Assembly: GCA_963790475.1 (NCBI GenBank)
Contig: CAWBOS010000006.1
Location: 128,001 to 192,000 of the forward strand
From: an uncultured delta proteobacterium
GTDB lineage: Bacteria > Desulfobacterota > RBG-13-43-22
Direction: 5' to 3'
DNA: 64,000 bases
Numbering within the stretch: the stretch's first letter is position 1; the number at the start of each line of letters is the position of its first letter. The notes under the pieces were generated by a model, which saw nothing but the letters and a program-made list of their open reading frames with translations, did not search any database and was not told the origin of the DNA. Made by a program: the position numbers and the translations under genes. This document shows positions 1 to 10,665 of this stretch, piece by piece.

Positions 1-22
1 TCGAATCCGGGCAGGTTCATTT

Positions 23-262
23 TTATTTGGACTCAGGTGATCGGCCAGCATCCAAACGGCCAGATTCAAATCCCGCTTCAGTTCTTCTTCTTTCTGGGCC
101 ATCAGAAAATTTTTCAGGTTGGATCCCAGATAGAGGGTGGAGGGGATAACCATTAAGGCGATGAGCAGGATAAAAGTCCCCAGGATTTTTGTGAGCCGGC
201 GAAGATTCATTTGGGGTTCCGCTTAGAAGCAAAGTCTCTTTGGTGAAAGATATTAAAGGCAT
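23..262 (-). CDS. small hypothetical protein (doubtful)
   Basis: 79-aa ORF preceded on the minus strand by a GAGG SD-like motif; no recognisable domain. Confidence 0.3.
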   Translation of the reverse strand: MPLISFTKETLLLSGTPNESSPAHKNPGDFYPAHRLNGYPLHPLSGIQPEKFSDGPERRRTEAGFESGRLDAGRSPESK

Positions 263-455
263 TTTATAACCTCATCCTGTTATTGTCTATGATAAAATTA
301 TGATTTATCTCTATTCGGTTTTATGTTAACAGAGAATGATTTGGGGGCTCACTTAACACGAGCCGATTTAATCTCACCCAATTACCTTTTTTCCAAGGAA
401 GGACTTTTTGAGCCCCCCCTTTTTGGCAAAGGGGAGGGGAGAAGAGAGAAACGTC

Positions 456-1199
456 ATGTTCATGTTAAAAAAATGGATTTCCTATTTACTCTTTCCATTG
501 TCCTTAGTCATCGAACTTTTTATGGTCGGCCTCTTATGGCCTAAGAAAGGGAGGAAATTCTTTTTTGCCGGTGTGGTTCTCCTGTACTTGTCTTCTTTTC
601 AACTTTTTTCGTCTTTACTTTTATGGCCTTTGGAAAGGACTTATTCCCCTATCCGAGAAACCTCAATTAATCAGGAGGTAAAATGGGTAGTAGTTTTGGG
701 AGAATCATCCAAGGAAGACAAAAACCTCACCCCCGAAGACCGGTTGAGTGAGTCTTCATTAAAACGATTCCTGGAAGGGATAAGGCTCAGCCGCCGGCTG
801 CCTATGGCCCGGCTTATTCTATCAGGCGGGGATTTTTCCGGGGACAATCCAGTGGCCCGGGTGATGGGCGAAGCGGCTTTTAGATATGGCCTGACCCCTC
901 CCCGACTGGTCCTGGAGGAAACTTCCTGGGATACCTATGATGAGGCTCGATTGTTGAAAAAGACCTTGGGTAAAGATTCTTTTTATCTGGTGACCTCGGC
1001 CTGCCATATGCCCCGGTCCATGGGCATGTTTAAGAAGATGGGCACCCGGCCGATAGCGGCCCCCGCTGATTTCCAGGTTGTCTGGGGACCCCTGAGGGGT
1101 ATAGATTTTTTTCCCAAGGCCGAGGCCCTTAAAGAAACGGAGCTGGCCATTCATGAATATCTTGGGTTGCTCTGGGGGTGGGTGAGAGGCTATCTGTGA
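456..1199 (+). CDS. YdcF/ElyC (DUF218) family membrane protein
   Basis: N-terminal TM segments; LILSGG, SWDTYDEA and LVTSACHMPRS motifs; ATG at 456 after a purine-rich SD, in frame with ORF 408..1199. Confidence 0.82.
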   Translation: MFMLKKWISYLLFPLSLVIELFMVGLLWPKKGRKFFFAGVVLLYLSSFQLFSSLLLWPLERTYSPIRETSINQEVKWVVVLGESSKEDKNLTPEDRLSESSLKRFLEGIRLSRRLPMARLILSGGDFSGDNPVARVMGEAAFRYGLTPPRLVLEETSWDTYDEARLLKKTLGKDSFYLVTSACHMPRSMGMFKKMGTRPIAAPADFQVVWGPLRGIDFFPKAEALKETELAIHEYLGLLWGWVRGYL

Positions 1200-1259
1200 G
1201 GACGGTTCTTCTTCCAAGAGATAGGAAAGGAATTCCGGAATTTTGCAAAACGGGTTTAC

Positions 1260-1310
1260 AGTTCGGAGTTCGGAGTGTTGAGTTTTACTATGAACTAACT
1301 ACTCCGAACT
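1260..1310. repeat. heptamer-periodic imperfect palindrome (CGGAGTT/AACTCCG family)
   Basis: AGTTCGGAGT at 1260-1269 is the reverse complement of ACTCCGAACT at 1301-1310; lies between convergent genes. Confidence 0.6.
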
Positions 1311-1365
1311 TACGCAATGGCGATTCTTTTATTATTGCCCAATATTTTGGCATGATCCTCATTAG

Positions 1366-3549
1366 TTACCTCTTCTCCGGCCGCAGAATAAGGCAGGACA
1401 GGGGGGGAAGGGTCAGCGACAAGGATTGGGCATAAGAATGGAAGGGCAGCGGATCGGTTCGGAGTTGCCCTTTATTGCCCAGATTGCTTCCCCCATACCA
1501 CACTGAATCACTGTTGATTTCTTCGCGGTAATAGGGGGCTGCGGGAACCCCGATCCGGTAGCCGTACCGGGGCACCGGGGTCAGATTGAAGGCCACAACC
1601 AACCAGCTTTCCCCGGAACTGCGCACATAAACAATCACGGACTGCTGCCAGTCCTGGCAGTCGATCCAGCGGAATCCTTCCGGCTGGTGGTCTTTTTCCC
1701 AGAGGGCCGGCTCCGTCAGATAAAGCCTTCCCAGGTCGACCATGAAATTCTGCAGTCCTTCACGCATCGGGTCTTCCGTCAGGTGCCAATCCAGGCTCTG
1801 GTCATGATCCCATTCTCGGTCCATGGCCAGTTCCGTGCCCATGAATAAAAGCTTTTTTCCGGGGTGGGTGTACATATACCCCAGCAAGGTCCGTAAGTTG
1901 GCAAACTTTTGCCAGGTATCTCCAGGCATTTTGGAAAGCAAAGAACCCTTCCCGTGGACGATCTCATCATGGGAAAAGGGCAGAATGAAATTCTCGGTGT
2001 AAGTGTAAAGCATGGAGAAGGTCAAATCGTTATGATGGAAACTCCGGTGAACCGGTTCTTTGGAAAAATAGGCCAGGGTATCGTGCATCCAACCCATGTT
2101 CCATTTGAAGCCAAACCCCAGCCCGCCAAGATAAACCGGCAAGGTCACTCCGCCCCAATCCGTTGACTCCTCGGCCACGGTAAAGCAACCGGGAAAAAGA
2201 CCATAAACTTTTTCATTTAATGTTTTTAGGAAGGAGATGGCTTCCAGATTCTCCCGTCCTCCATAACGGTTGGGGATCCATTCCCCTTCTTTGCGGCTGT
2301 AATCCAGGTAAATCATGGAGGCCACGGCATCCACCCGCAGGCCGTCAATATGATACTGATCCAGCCAGAAAAGGGCATTGGCCAGGAGAAAATTCCGAAC
2401 TTCGTTTCTATTAAAATTGAAAATCAAAGTTCCCCAGTCCTGGTGCTCTCCTTTCCTGGGATCGGCGTGTTCATAAAGGGCCGTGCCGTCAAACAAGCGC
2501 AGGCTGTAGTCATCCTTGGGGAAATGGGCCGGAACCCAGTCCAGAATGACCCCGATTCCGGCTTGATGACAAGCATCCACTAAATAACGGAAATCATCGG
2601 GTGTCCCATAGCGGCTGGTCGGGGCATAGTAGCCGGTGACCTGATACCCCCAGGAGCCGTCGAAGGGATATTCGGCCACAGGCAAAAGTTCAAGGTAATT
2701 AAAACCATAGCGCTTGATCTCGTCTATCAAGTAGGGTGCCATCTCCCGATAAGTCAAAGGACGATTGCCTTCCTCGGGGACCCGCCGAAACGAACCAAGA
2801 TGGCACTCAAAGATGGCCATAGGCGAATGTCGGCGATCGAGGCGGGAACGTTCCGCCATCCATTGCCCATCGCCCCATCGGTACTTGGTCAGGTCCCAGA
2901 TCCGGGCACACATCGCCGGAGGCTTCTCCATGGAAAAGGCCAGAGGGTCGGTCTTGATCCGCAGTTGTCCATCCCGGGTTTTGATTTCAAACTTATAAAG
3001 GAGTCCCGGTTTCAACCCGGGTAAAAAGAGTTCCCAAATACCGGAACTACCCATGACGCGCATAGGAGAAAGGCGACCGTCCCAGCGGTTGAATTCCGCC
3101 AGAAGGCTGACCCGTTTGGCATTGGGTGCCCAGAGGGCAAAGGAAACTCCCGATACCCCGTCAATGGTCCGCAAATGGGCGCCGAGGATTTCATAAAGAC
3201 GAAGGTGATTCCCTTCATTGAAAAGGTGTAAATCCATGTCCCCCAGGGTGGGGGGAAAACGGTAAGGGTCTTCGGTTTCCCAGTGGTATCCATTCTCAAA
3301 GGAAAAAAGGAATCGGTAGGGAAAAGGCCAGGTCTGATTTTTTAGGTCCTTCTCGAAAATTCCCCCGGCATGGATACGGTTCATTTCAACAGACCGGCCT
3401 TCCATTAAGAGAGATACCTTGATGGCATCGGGGTGGAAGGCCCGGACAATCACCCCTTTATTTTTCCCTTCTTGATAGGGGTGCCCTCCCAGGATCCGAT
3501 GGGGGTCGAAGTGCTCACCTTTGGCTAAGGCATCGAATTCTTTTTTCAT
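1366..3549 (-). CDS. glgB: 1,4-alpha-glucan branching enzyme
   Basis: GH13 branching-enzyme motifs [46 protein letters not shown]. Confidence 0.97.
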   Translation of the reverse strand: MKKEFDALAKGEHFDPHRILGGHPYQEGKNKGVIVRAFHPDAIKVSLLMEGRSVEMNRIHAGGIFEKDLKNQTWPFPYRFLFSFENGYHWETEDPYRFPPTLGDMDLHLFNEGNHLRLYEILGAHLRTIDGVSGVSFALWAPNAKRVSLLAEFNRWDGRLSPMRVMGSSGIWELFLPGLKPGLLYKFEIKTRDGQLRIKTDPLAFSMEKPPAMCARIWDLTKYRWGDGQWMAERSRLDRRHSPMAIFECHLGSFRRVPEEGNRPLTYREMAPYLIDEIKRYGFNYLELLPVAEYPFDGSWGYQVTGYYAPTSRYGTPDDFRYLVDACHQAGIGVILDWVPAHFPKDDYSLRLFDGTALYEHADPRKGEHQDWGTLIFNFNRNEVRNFLLANALFWLDQYHIDGLRVDAVASMIYLDYSRKEGEWIPNRYGGRENLEAISFLKTLNEKVYGLFPGCFTVAEESTDWGGVTLPVYLGGLGFGFKWNMGWMHDTLAYFSKEPVHRSFHHNDLTFSMLYTYTENFILPFSHDEIVHGKGSLLSKMPGDTWQKFANLRTLLGYMYTHPGKKLLFMGTELAMDREWDHDQSLDWHLTEDPMREGLQNFMVDLGRLYLTEPALWEKDHQPEGFRWIDCQDWQQSVIVYVRSSGESWLVVAFNLTPVPRYGYRIGVPAAPYYREEINSDSVWYGGSNLGNKGQLRTDPLPFHSYAQSLSLTLPPLSCLILRPEKR

Positions 3550-5978
3550 TCAATCTCCCAGATAATGACCTCAGAGGGGATGTCAATTTCCCGGGCAAAC
3601 CCCTGATAAATTTCCCGATATTCGGGCTTGTTTTGGGGAAGATCTTTGCAGGCGTCCAGAAAGCTATTTTGGACATTCCACAGATTGAGAGAAACGTCAA
3701 AGAGACGGCAGAGATCGAGTAACTTTTGGATAGCCGTGAAAAGCCGTACCGGGTCGAGATATACCCTTAGTTGCCTTATTTCTTTTTCGATCCTCGCCTC
3801 GATCCTCGCCTGAACTTGTCCTTTGGGCAAAGGATACCCCAGCTCTTGAGAACGCTCAAAAAATTTCTGCAATCCCTCCAATTGCTCACCAGGGGGAAAG
3901 GCTTCATCGATCCCCTTTTTCAAGGTACGGTCGAAAATGAGGGTTAAGGCCATCTTTATCGGATCAGGAAGGGGCACCCCTATGTCGATCATTTTTATCA
4001 GGGTCCCGGTATCTTCTTTGATCCAATCCTCAAGTAAAAGGATATGTTTTTCCATGCGGTCTTCAAGGAGGAGATTAATCAACCTTTGCCGATCTTCTGA
4101 AAAGAGGTCTTTTAAATAAAAACGCCTGGGGTCAAAAACTTCTTTTATCCGGTCATAAACATCACCCAGGGAGGCTGATTTATAAAGGTTGACGATATCC
4201 TTTTTAATGATCTCGTATTCCTCAAGGGTTTGATACGGTTTTAAATGGCATTGAAAATCCACCCCTCCAAAATGGAGGACGACAAACATCTTCTCCTGTT
4301 CTTCCAGGGTAATGGTCGATGAAACCTTGATTCGGCCTAAGACCAGATGAGAACCGTTTTGAGGTAGAATCAACTTTTCTTCATTGCTCAATTGATAACA
4401 ATAGATGCGGTCTTTCGAGTTTTTTTGGTAAATGGACCCGATGGCGTAATGCGCCAGGACCCGCGAGAGATCGACCTTAAAAGGGAGAACCTTTTGTTCC
4501 CAGATTTTTGCCCCGTCTCCGAATTCCTTTTTGTTGCTGGGGGCTTTTTTAAGATAACCGACAAAGGTTTCTTCCAGATCCGATCCGAAGTCTTTGGCAA
4601 ACTGGATGGCCCGGCAGGCGTATTTCAGAATCTGAGTGGTTTCCAGGCCGCTGATTTCATCAAAGAACCAGCCGCAACTGGTGAACATGAGCAGACCAAA
4701 GCGCTGCATCTCCAGAAGTTTCAGGGTTTGAACCCGGTCTTTCAAGGGCAAATCCTTTTTGTTGGCCTGGTCGTTGAAAAAACGTTCCAAGTTGTCCGGA
4801 GATCGATCCAGCAGGACATCGATATAGGCATTCCTGGCCTGCCAAGGGTCCTTTAATAAAGACGAGGCCTGGACTTCAAAGAGGAGGTCCAATTCTCTTT
4901 TCAAGCGGTCAAGCCCTTCCCGCAAAGCGGCCCGCCAGGTCTGTTGGTTTTCCTGTCCCCCCAACCGGCAGCCGCAGTCCGCCCGCCAACGTTCAATCCC
5001 GTGGGCGCAGCTCCAGGAGGTGTTCTCATGGATTTCCACTTCAAATTGGGGAGGGAATTGGGCCAGGAACCAGCCATAATTAGTCAATTGGATGGCAGGG
5101 TCGTTTTCTAAAGAATGAAGGGCATAAGCCAAGGCCATGTCTCCAAAAAGACGATGGTGCCCGTAGGATTCTCCATCCGTGGCCACATGAACCAACTGGG
5201 GACCGGAATCTTGAGGATCAAAGCCGTTCAACAAACGTTGTAGGAGGATCTCGCCATTCTGTAAATAGTTTTCAAAGGCGATCCCATGAGCCAGCCCTCC
5301 ATCATAAAAAAAAAGGGCGATCTTTCGCCTGCCGGGGAGATTACACCAATAAGGCCGTCGAGGATTGATATTTCCCTGAACCTCAGTCCATTGTTTTTGG
5401 CCCAGGGGCCGAAAACGCCGGGCCTGATGGGGGGCCAGGATAGCGAACTTAATTCCTTCGCGGTTCATGATTTCGAGGGTCTTCAAATCAACCGCTGTCT
5501 CCGGAAGCCACATCCCCTCAGGTTCCCGGTAAAATCTTTTCCGGAAGTCCGTCTTGCCCCAGCGGATCTGAGTAAGCACATCTCTTTCATTGGCCAGGGG
5601 AAGGATGATATGATTATAGGCCTGGGCCAGGGCATTGCCGTGACCGTCTCGATCTCTTTGCGATTGACGGTCGGCCTGACGAATCCCTTTAAGGGTAATC
5701 CGGGCCTTTTCCTTCATCCAAGATAAGAGGGTAGGCCCGAAATTAAAACTGATTCTTTGATAATTATTACTGATTCGGGTTATTCGACCTTTTTCGTCTT
5801 GGATGCGAGAACGGCTATTGGGGGCATAGCATTCGGTGAGGATCCGTTCGTTCCAGTCATGGTAAGGAGAGGCTGTTTCCTCATTTTCAATAGCCTCCAA
5901 CCAGGGATTCTCCCTGGGAGGCTGGTAAAAATGGCCATGAATACAGATAAAGCGAGAAAGTTTTAGATTATCGCTCAT
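3546..5978 (-). CDS. glycoside hydrolase family 57 / DUF3536 protein
   Basis: [58 protein letters not shown]; overlaps the glgB start. Confidence 0.9.
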   Translation of the reverse strand: MSDNLKLSRFICIHGHFYQPPRENPWLEAIENEETASPYHDWNERILTECYAPNSRSRIQDEKGRITRISNNYQRISFNFGPTLLSWMKEKARITLKGIRQADRQSQRDRDGHGNALAQAYNHIILPLANERDVLTQIRWGKTDFRKRFYREPEGMWLPETAVDLKTLEIMNREGIKFAILAPHQARRFRPLGQKQWTEVQGNINPRRPYWCNLPGRRKIALFFYDGGLAHGIAFENYLQNGEILLQRLLNGFDPQDSGPQLVHVATDGESYGHHRLFGDMALAYALHSLENDPAIQLTNYGWFLAQFPPQFEVEIHENTSWSCAHGIERWRADCGCRLGGQENQQTWRAALREGLDRLKRELDLLFEVQASSLLKDPWQARNAYIDVLLDRSPDNLERFFNDQANKKDLPLKDRVQTLKLLEMQRFGLLMFTSCGWFFDEISGLETTQILKYACRAIQFAKDFGSDLEETFVGYLKKAPSNKKEFGDGAKIWEQKVLPFKVDLSRVLAHYAIGSIYQKNSKDRIYCYQLSNEEKLILPQNGSHLVLGRIKVSSTITLEEQEKMFVVLHFGGVDFQCHLKPYQTLEEYEIIKKDIVNLYKSASLGDVYDRIKEVFDPRRFYLKDLFSEDRQRLINLLLEDRMEKHILLLEDWIKEDTGTLIKMIDIGVPLPDPIKMALTLIFDRTLKKGIDEAFPPGEQLEGLQKFFERSQELGYPLPKGQVQARIEARIEKEIRQLRVYLDPVRLFTAIQKLLDLCRLFDVSLNLWNVQNSFLDACKDLPQNKPEYREIYQGFAREIDIPSEVIIWEIE

Positions 5979-6015
5979 GAAGGGGAAGAGGGACGGGTGA
6001 CCTGGGGAAAGGGAA

Positions 6016-6150
6016 AGTTCGGAGGTCGGAGTTCAGAGTTCCGATTTTCCGAGGTCTGATCTCCGATATTCAATCCCCGATATATTTCTTGGTCAGCTAT
6101 CGGAGAACCGATGTTTTTTTTCTTGTCACTCGTCACCGTCACTCGTCACT
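6016..6150. repeat. heptamer-periodic repeats (CGGAGTT-like and GTCACTC-like units)
   Basis: AGTTCGGAGGTCGGAGTTCAGAGTT followed by CCGA-containing units; GTCACTCGTCACCGTCACTCGTCACT near 6125-6150. Confidence 0.45.
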
Positions 6151-6154
6151 TTTT

Positions 6155-6472
6155 TTATTTTGTTTCAGATGTCCCACAGGAAGGGGCTGGGGCGGACGAG
6201 GTCGCGCCGGCAGTGGAATCAGTGCTTTTTCCCGTACTTTTAGCACTGGTCTCCGCGGCTTTTTCCTTTTTCCCTGTTGGGGCCGAATCCCCCTTTCGGG
6301 CATAATCGGTGACATACCAGCCGCTGCCTTTGAGATGAAAGGCGCTCCGGGAAATCATTTTCCGTAATCGCCCGTCGCAGTGGGGGCATTCGGTTAACGG
6401 GGAATCGGAAAATTTTTGCATGGCTTCGGTAACTTGTTTACATTTTTGACATTCATATTCATAAACCGGCAT
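6155..6472 (-). CDS. FmdB family zinc-ribbon protein
   Basis: MPVYEYECQKC...CPHCDG...FHLKGSGWYVTDY plus low-complexity tail; AGGAGG SD. Confidence 0.88.
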   Translation of the reverse strand: MPVYEYECQKCKQVTEAMQKFSDSPLTECPHCDGRLRKMISRSAFHLKGSGWYVTDYARKGDSAPTGKKEKAAETSAKSTGKSTDSTAGATSSAPAPSCGTSETK

Positions 6473-6496
6473 TGTTAAAACCTCCTAAAATACAGA

Positions 6497-7081
6497 CTAA
6501 CCTATTTCGTTCAGGCAGCGATGGCCCAAATAAGACTCAAAAACAGGGTCTAAATTGATCCCTTTCAAAGATCTCAGAATCTGAAAGGTAGTCTGATGAA
6601 CCTTGCTTTCCTCAACCGCCTTTTCTTCCTGTTCGACATCAAACCGCTGCATAAATTTCCTGAACCGGACGACATGGACCAGTTCATGAGTTAAAATGTA
6701 GACCAGCAAGGGAAACAATTCTATCCCTTCCTTTCGGTCAATTACCCTGAGGATATTATGATCCTGAAGGCAAATCCGATAATAATCCCTCGGATAATTC
6801 ATGGGAAACCGATAGGGAAAAGGATGAACATAACGGGCGATTTGGGCCAAACCCCGAGGGGTGATTTCTTCTTTTCTCAAGTGGGCCAGATTGGAAATCT
6901 CAAAATCATATTTCTTCCAATTACTGGTGGAAATATGGTAATGATTACAGGTAGTGTCTTCGGCGATCTCCAAGGCCTTGTCCACCCAAACAATTTCTCC
7001 GGGAGCAAAATGCCTGTAGCCCATCATCATTTTCTTTTTCAATAAGGGTTCGGGTAGCCGGAGATCAGGGTACATTGGCAA
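6497..7081 (-). CDS. hypothetical protein with HExxH zincin-like motif
   Basis: YILTHELVHVVRF motif followed by a downstream EE; same strand as and adjacent to the FmdB gene. Confidence 0.72.
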   Translation of the reverse strand: MPMYPDLRLPEPLLKKKMMMGYRHFAPGEIVWVDKALEIAEDTTCNHYHISTSNWKKYDFEISNLAHLRKEEITPRGLAQIARYVHPFPYRFPMNYPRDYYRICLQDHNILRVIDRKEGIELFPLLVYILTHELVHVVRFRKFMQRFDVEQEEKAVEESKVHQTTFQILRSLKGINLDPVFESYLGHRCLNEIG

Positions 7082-7203
7082 GCAAGAAAAATTATTATCT
7101 GAATGCCGGATCTCTGACTCCCGTTTCGAATTTGATTTAATATTGTAATTTTAATTATTTTCTATAAAGAAGTCAAGCCATTAAACCAAAAAAAAGGACC
7201 ATT

Positions 7204-8334
7204 ATGATAAAAAAACAATCAATTCCAGAACCTTATCTGGATCGCGTTCTATCCCTGCTGAAAGAATTAAAAAAAAAATCATTTTCCGGAATCTTTATTT
7301 CACAGTCGGAAAACCGGCGGTATCTGAGCGGATTCAGGCCAAGCGACCCCCAGCTTAACGAATCCTCAGGCTTTTTGATCATCGGCAAAGATCTGGCCAT
7401 TCTGGGGACAGACCCCCGATTTGAAGGAGAGGCTCAAAAACAGGCCAAAGGATATTATCCTTTTATATACCGAAAAGGATTGGAGGCCTCCTGGCCGGAA
7501 GTCAAAGTCTCTTTAAAATCTATGAAACGAGTGGCCTTTGAAGCCCAATCCTTGAGTTTTCACACTTTTCAAAGGCTGAAAAAATTGATCATTTCCTCTG
7601 GGAATTCAATTTCTTTCCTGCCCACCTACCAGCTGGTCGAAGGATTAAGGGCCCAGAAAGACTCCCGGGAAATAGCGACGATCCGGAGGTCTCTGTCTAT
7701 CACCGAAGAGGTATTCCATCAGATCAGTAAGACGTTGCGGCCGGGTCAAACCGAAAAAGAGATCGCCTGGCAGCTTAAACACTGGATCCATCAAAAAGGC
7801 GGGGAGGACCAGGCCTTTGAACCGATCGTGGCCTCCGGGCCTAATGCCGCCCTGCCCCATGCGGAACCTACAGAGAGGGAAATTCAAAAAGGGGAACCGA
7901 TCTTGTTCGATTTCGGCAGTAAGTGGAAAGGTTATTGTTCCGATCTTTCCCGGACTGTTTTTCTGGGACGTCCAACCGACCGATTTAAGGAAGTGTATTC
8001 GCTTGTCCGCCAGGCCCAGGTCCAGGCCGAAAAAGGGATAGGAGCCGGAATGACCACCACCGCAGCCGATGCCCTGGCCCGTTCGGCTATTGAAAAAGGG
8101 GGCTATGGAAAATATTTTAAACATTCTCTGGGGCATGGTGTGGGGTTGGCCACCCATGAATTGCCCAGCCTCAGTCCTAGCAAGGCCGATCTTTTGAAGG
8201 CGGGGATGGTAGTCACGATTGAGCCGGGCATCTATCTCCCGGGCTGGGGTGGGGTCCGGTTGGAAAATATGGCGGTGATCAAAGAAAAAGGGGCTTTGGT
8301 CCTGAATAAAGATATGAGTTTTTATAGCTTTTGA
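7204..8334 (+). CDS. Xaa-Pro aminopeptidase (M24B family)
   Basis: creatinase-like N-domain; SGPNAALPH, DFG, YCSDLSRT, HSLGHGVGLATHE, TIEPGIY, GVRLE. Confidence 0.94.
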   Translation: MIKKQSIPEPYLDRVLSLLKELKKKSFSGIFISQSENRRYLSGFRPSDPQLNESSGFLIIGKDLAILGTDPRFEGEAQKQAKGYYPFIYRKGLEASWPEVKVSLKSMKRVAFEAQSLSFHTFQRLKKLIISSGNSISFLPTYQLVEGLRAQKDSREIATIRRSLSITEEVFHQISKTLRPGQTEKEIAWQLKHWIHQKGGEDQAFEPIVASGPNAALPHAEPTEREIQKGEPILFDFGSKWKGYCSDLSRTVFLGRPTDRFKEVYSLVRQAQVQAEKGIGAGMTTTAADALARSAIEKGGYGKYFKHSLGHGVGLATHELPSLSPSKADLLKAGMVVTIEPGIYLPGWGGVRLENMAVIKEKGALVLNKDMSFYSF

Positions 8335-8356
8335 TGAGCTTAACAGATAAGTAATT

Positions 8357-8428
8357 AGTTCGGAGTAAAGAGTTTAAAGTTCATTCCTGTCGGGTAAGCC
8401 ATTCCCTGTACTTGCTCCGAACTCCGAA
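8357..8428. repeat. heptamer-periodic palindrome (CGGAGTT/AACTCCG family)
   Basis: AGTTCGGAGT left arm, CTCCGAACTCCGAA right arm. Confidence 0.5.
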
Positions 8429-8502
8429 AAAGGGAGCGGGCGCGGGGAAAAATTAGATTGAGTTTCATTTCACGTTCGACCCGTTAGGATTAGGAGATAG
8501 AT

Positions 8503-9039
8503 ATGGTTGATAGTTGTCCGGGAGAAAAATTTCGGGAAGGGGTAATCGCTCCTTCAAACCATGAAAGGGTAAATGAGGAAGTGATTAGGGAGAGAGTTCT
8601 TGGCCTGTTACTACAAGAGAAGGGCTTTCTATTAGATGAAATAGAGGAAGAAGTACCTTTTGAGCTCACCACGGACCAGGAAATTTTCCAACTCAAGGTC
8701 TCTTTTGTAATCCGATTAAGAGGTCAGTACCTGGTTTTGATTAAGTGCGGGACCGGCTCTATTCTGGCCCGGGAACGGGCTGCCCTGGCCCTGGCACGCC
8801 TTTTTTGGAACTACCAGGTCCCGTTGACAGTGGTCACCAATGGTGAGGATGCTGTACTCCTTAATACCCTGTCCGGAGAAACCATCGATAATGGTCTAGT
8901 CGCTATCCCGAATAAAAATATGCTATTGTCCCAAATGGGGGACCTCAAATTTCTTCCCCTGCCTGAAAAACGCATTAAACTGGAAAAGCAGATTCTGTCC
9001 GCTTTTGAAGGGCTGGGACGTCACGGGGAGTGCGGCTGA
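8503..9039 (+). CDS. orphan HsdR N-terminal-like (PD-(D/E)xK fold) protein
   Basis: EVIRERV..LL.EKGF, VLIKC and VVTNG motifs resemble HSDR_N-type domains; GGAG SD. Confidence 0.62.
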   Translation: MVDSCPGEKFREGVIAPSNHERVNEEVIRERVLGLLLQEKGFLLDEIEEEVPFELTTDQEIFQLKVSFVIRLRGQYLVLIKCGTGSILARERAALALARLFWNYQVPLTVVTNGEDAVLLNTLSGETIDNGLVAIPNKNMLLSQMGDLKFLPLPEKRIKLEKQILSAFEGLGRHGECG

Positions 9040-9110
9040 GTTTGGACAAGTAGAGGCAGATGGGGAGACACGGGGATGGGGGGAGGGGGTGACGCTAGGA
9101 TAAGGTGAAA

Positions 9111-9172
9111 AGTTCGAAAAACTCCGAACTCCGAACTCCGAACTTTATACTTTAAACCTTAAACCTTGAACC
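9111..9172. repeat. tandem heptamer array drifting from AACTCCG to AACCTTA/AACCTTG
   Basis: (AACTCCG)x3 AACTTTA TACTTTA AACCTTA AACCTTG AACC at 9120-9172. Confidence 0.7.
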
Positions 9173-9173
9173 G

Positions 9174-9926
9174 TCATTGCTTCCCAATATATCCTGACCG
9201 CTCTTTGATCAGGCTGTTGATCTCGGCCCTATGGGTCATTAAGAAATCCAGGATTTGTTTGGAGCGGAAGATGAGAGCATTAATATCCTGTGTCTTGATC
9301 TCTTCATCCTTAAGGAGCTGTTGATTTTGGTACAGGAAAGAAACGATGGCGTCTTCAGCATCCAGTTCCACCTGAAAACGGTTCTTTAAAAAATCCAGCC
9401 AAAAACCGAATTCCTGCGTGTGGTCCAGATGTTCAATCGGGATTCCGGTTTCCAGGCTCATCTGCTGATAGGCTCCGGGCTGCTGCCCTGATCCTTTCAG
9501 ATATTCCAGGATGTGGGCCACCTGATGGATAAAGGTGGAATCCTGAATTTGAGGAGTGATGGCCAGATAGAGATGGTCAGGATCCACTTCTCTAGTTTTA
9601 TTGGCATTGACCATGATTCCGGCACCTTCAGCCAGAGACTGGACCGGGATGTCCTGTCCGGAAACTCCGAGATTTCGATAAGCCTCCAGGTCAATGCATT
9701 TAATGTTACGGGAATCATCCAGATGTCCGTCTTGAATTAAAGCGTCAATTATTTTTTTGGAACTGCCGTAATGGACCTCCGGGAGCCGGCATATCCGTTG
9801 TCCGGCCTCCTGGTTCAAGGACTCATTTTTCCTGAGGTAAAGTTCCCCTTCCCGACCAAGGTGGCACTTTTTAAACTTTTTTCCGCTCCCGCAAGGGCAA
9901 GGATCATTCCGGCCCGCCGTAATCAT
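9174..9926 (-). CDS. SEC-C motif protein
   Basis: N-terminal GRNDPCPCGSGKKFKKCH; GGAGG SD. Confidence 0.85.
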   Translation of the reverse strand: MITAGRNDPCPCGSGKKFKKCHLGREGELYLRKNESLNQEAGQRICRLPEVHYGSSKKIIDALIQDGHLDDSRNIKCIDLEAYRNLGVSGQDIPVQSLAEGAGIMVNANKTREVDPDHLYLAITPQIQDSTFIHQVAHILEYLKGSGQQPGAYQQMSLETGIPIEHLDHTQEFGFWLDFLKNRFQVELDAEDAIVSFLYQNQQLLKDEEIKTQDINALIFRSKQILDFLMTHRAEINSLIKERSGYIGKQ

Positions 9927-9943
9927 TATTAATATCCTCCAAA

Positions 9944-10210
9944 CTATTCTTCTATGATATCAGCCCGAAGGGCATCATAGGACCAAACCGGGACCGGGCC
10001 TTCCTCGCCATTCGCAGGATTATACCTGTGCCGGTAGGAGGCATTGGCTTTCATGGTCTTCAATGTCCAATCCCAACCGCGGACAAAATAGGGACATTCA
10101 TCATTAAAACAAACGTATTGGAATTCTGTCCCCCAAGTCGAAACCGCAGGGGTCTTCCATTTTTTCATCTTCTGCCCGCAATGAGGGCAGATGGTTTTCT
10201 TTTCATCCAT
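9944..10210 (-). CDS. small zinc-ribbon (Ogr/Delta-like) protein
   Basis: CPHCG...CFNDECPY; co-oriented with the SEC-C gene, 17 bp gap. Confidence 0.75.
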   Translation of the reverse strand: MDEKKTICPHCGQKMKKWKTPAVSTWGTEFQYVCFNDECPYFVRGWDWTLKTMKANASYRHRYNPANGEEGPVPVWSYDALRADIIEE

Positions 10211-10665
10211 CTTGATAAATCCTTCAATTAATAAATTTTCTTTTTAAAACCCTGTAATCTCCAACCCTTTATTCTTCTCTTCACTGGAAGGGGAATAAAT
10301 CCTTAGTTAAAATAAGGGGCATTGATGGTTTTGTCAAGGATTGAAGACCCGTATTTACTTTAAATTTAAACAGAAAAATATATTGACATTTAATAAATTC
10401 ATTTGGTAGAAGAGTCCAAGATCATTCTATATCGATAAAACAGCTTGCTGTTTTACGTTATGTCTTGTTTTTAGTACAAAACGTACCTCGCTCCATAAGG
10501 AGGCGCAATAGGGTAGAATCGAATATTATTTTCGACCTTTCTGCCGGAGGTAAGGATGCGTATTCTTAAAAGCACGCTTTTTAGTACTACTAATAAGCTA
10601 TCCGAATTAACCTCTAACCATTTCCTAACCCAAAATAACCTAAAAATTTGAAAGGAGAAAAAGCG

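Noticed and set aside
8503-9039. Type I restriction-modification system
   Set aside because: Only a short N-terminal-like domain; no motor, methylase or specificity genes
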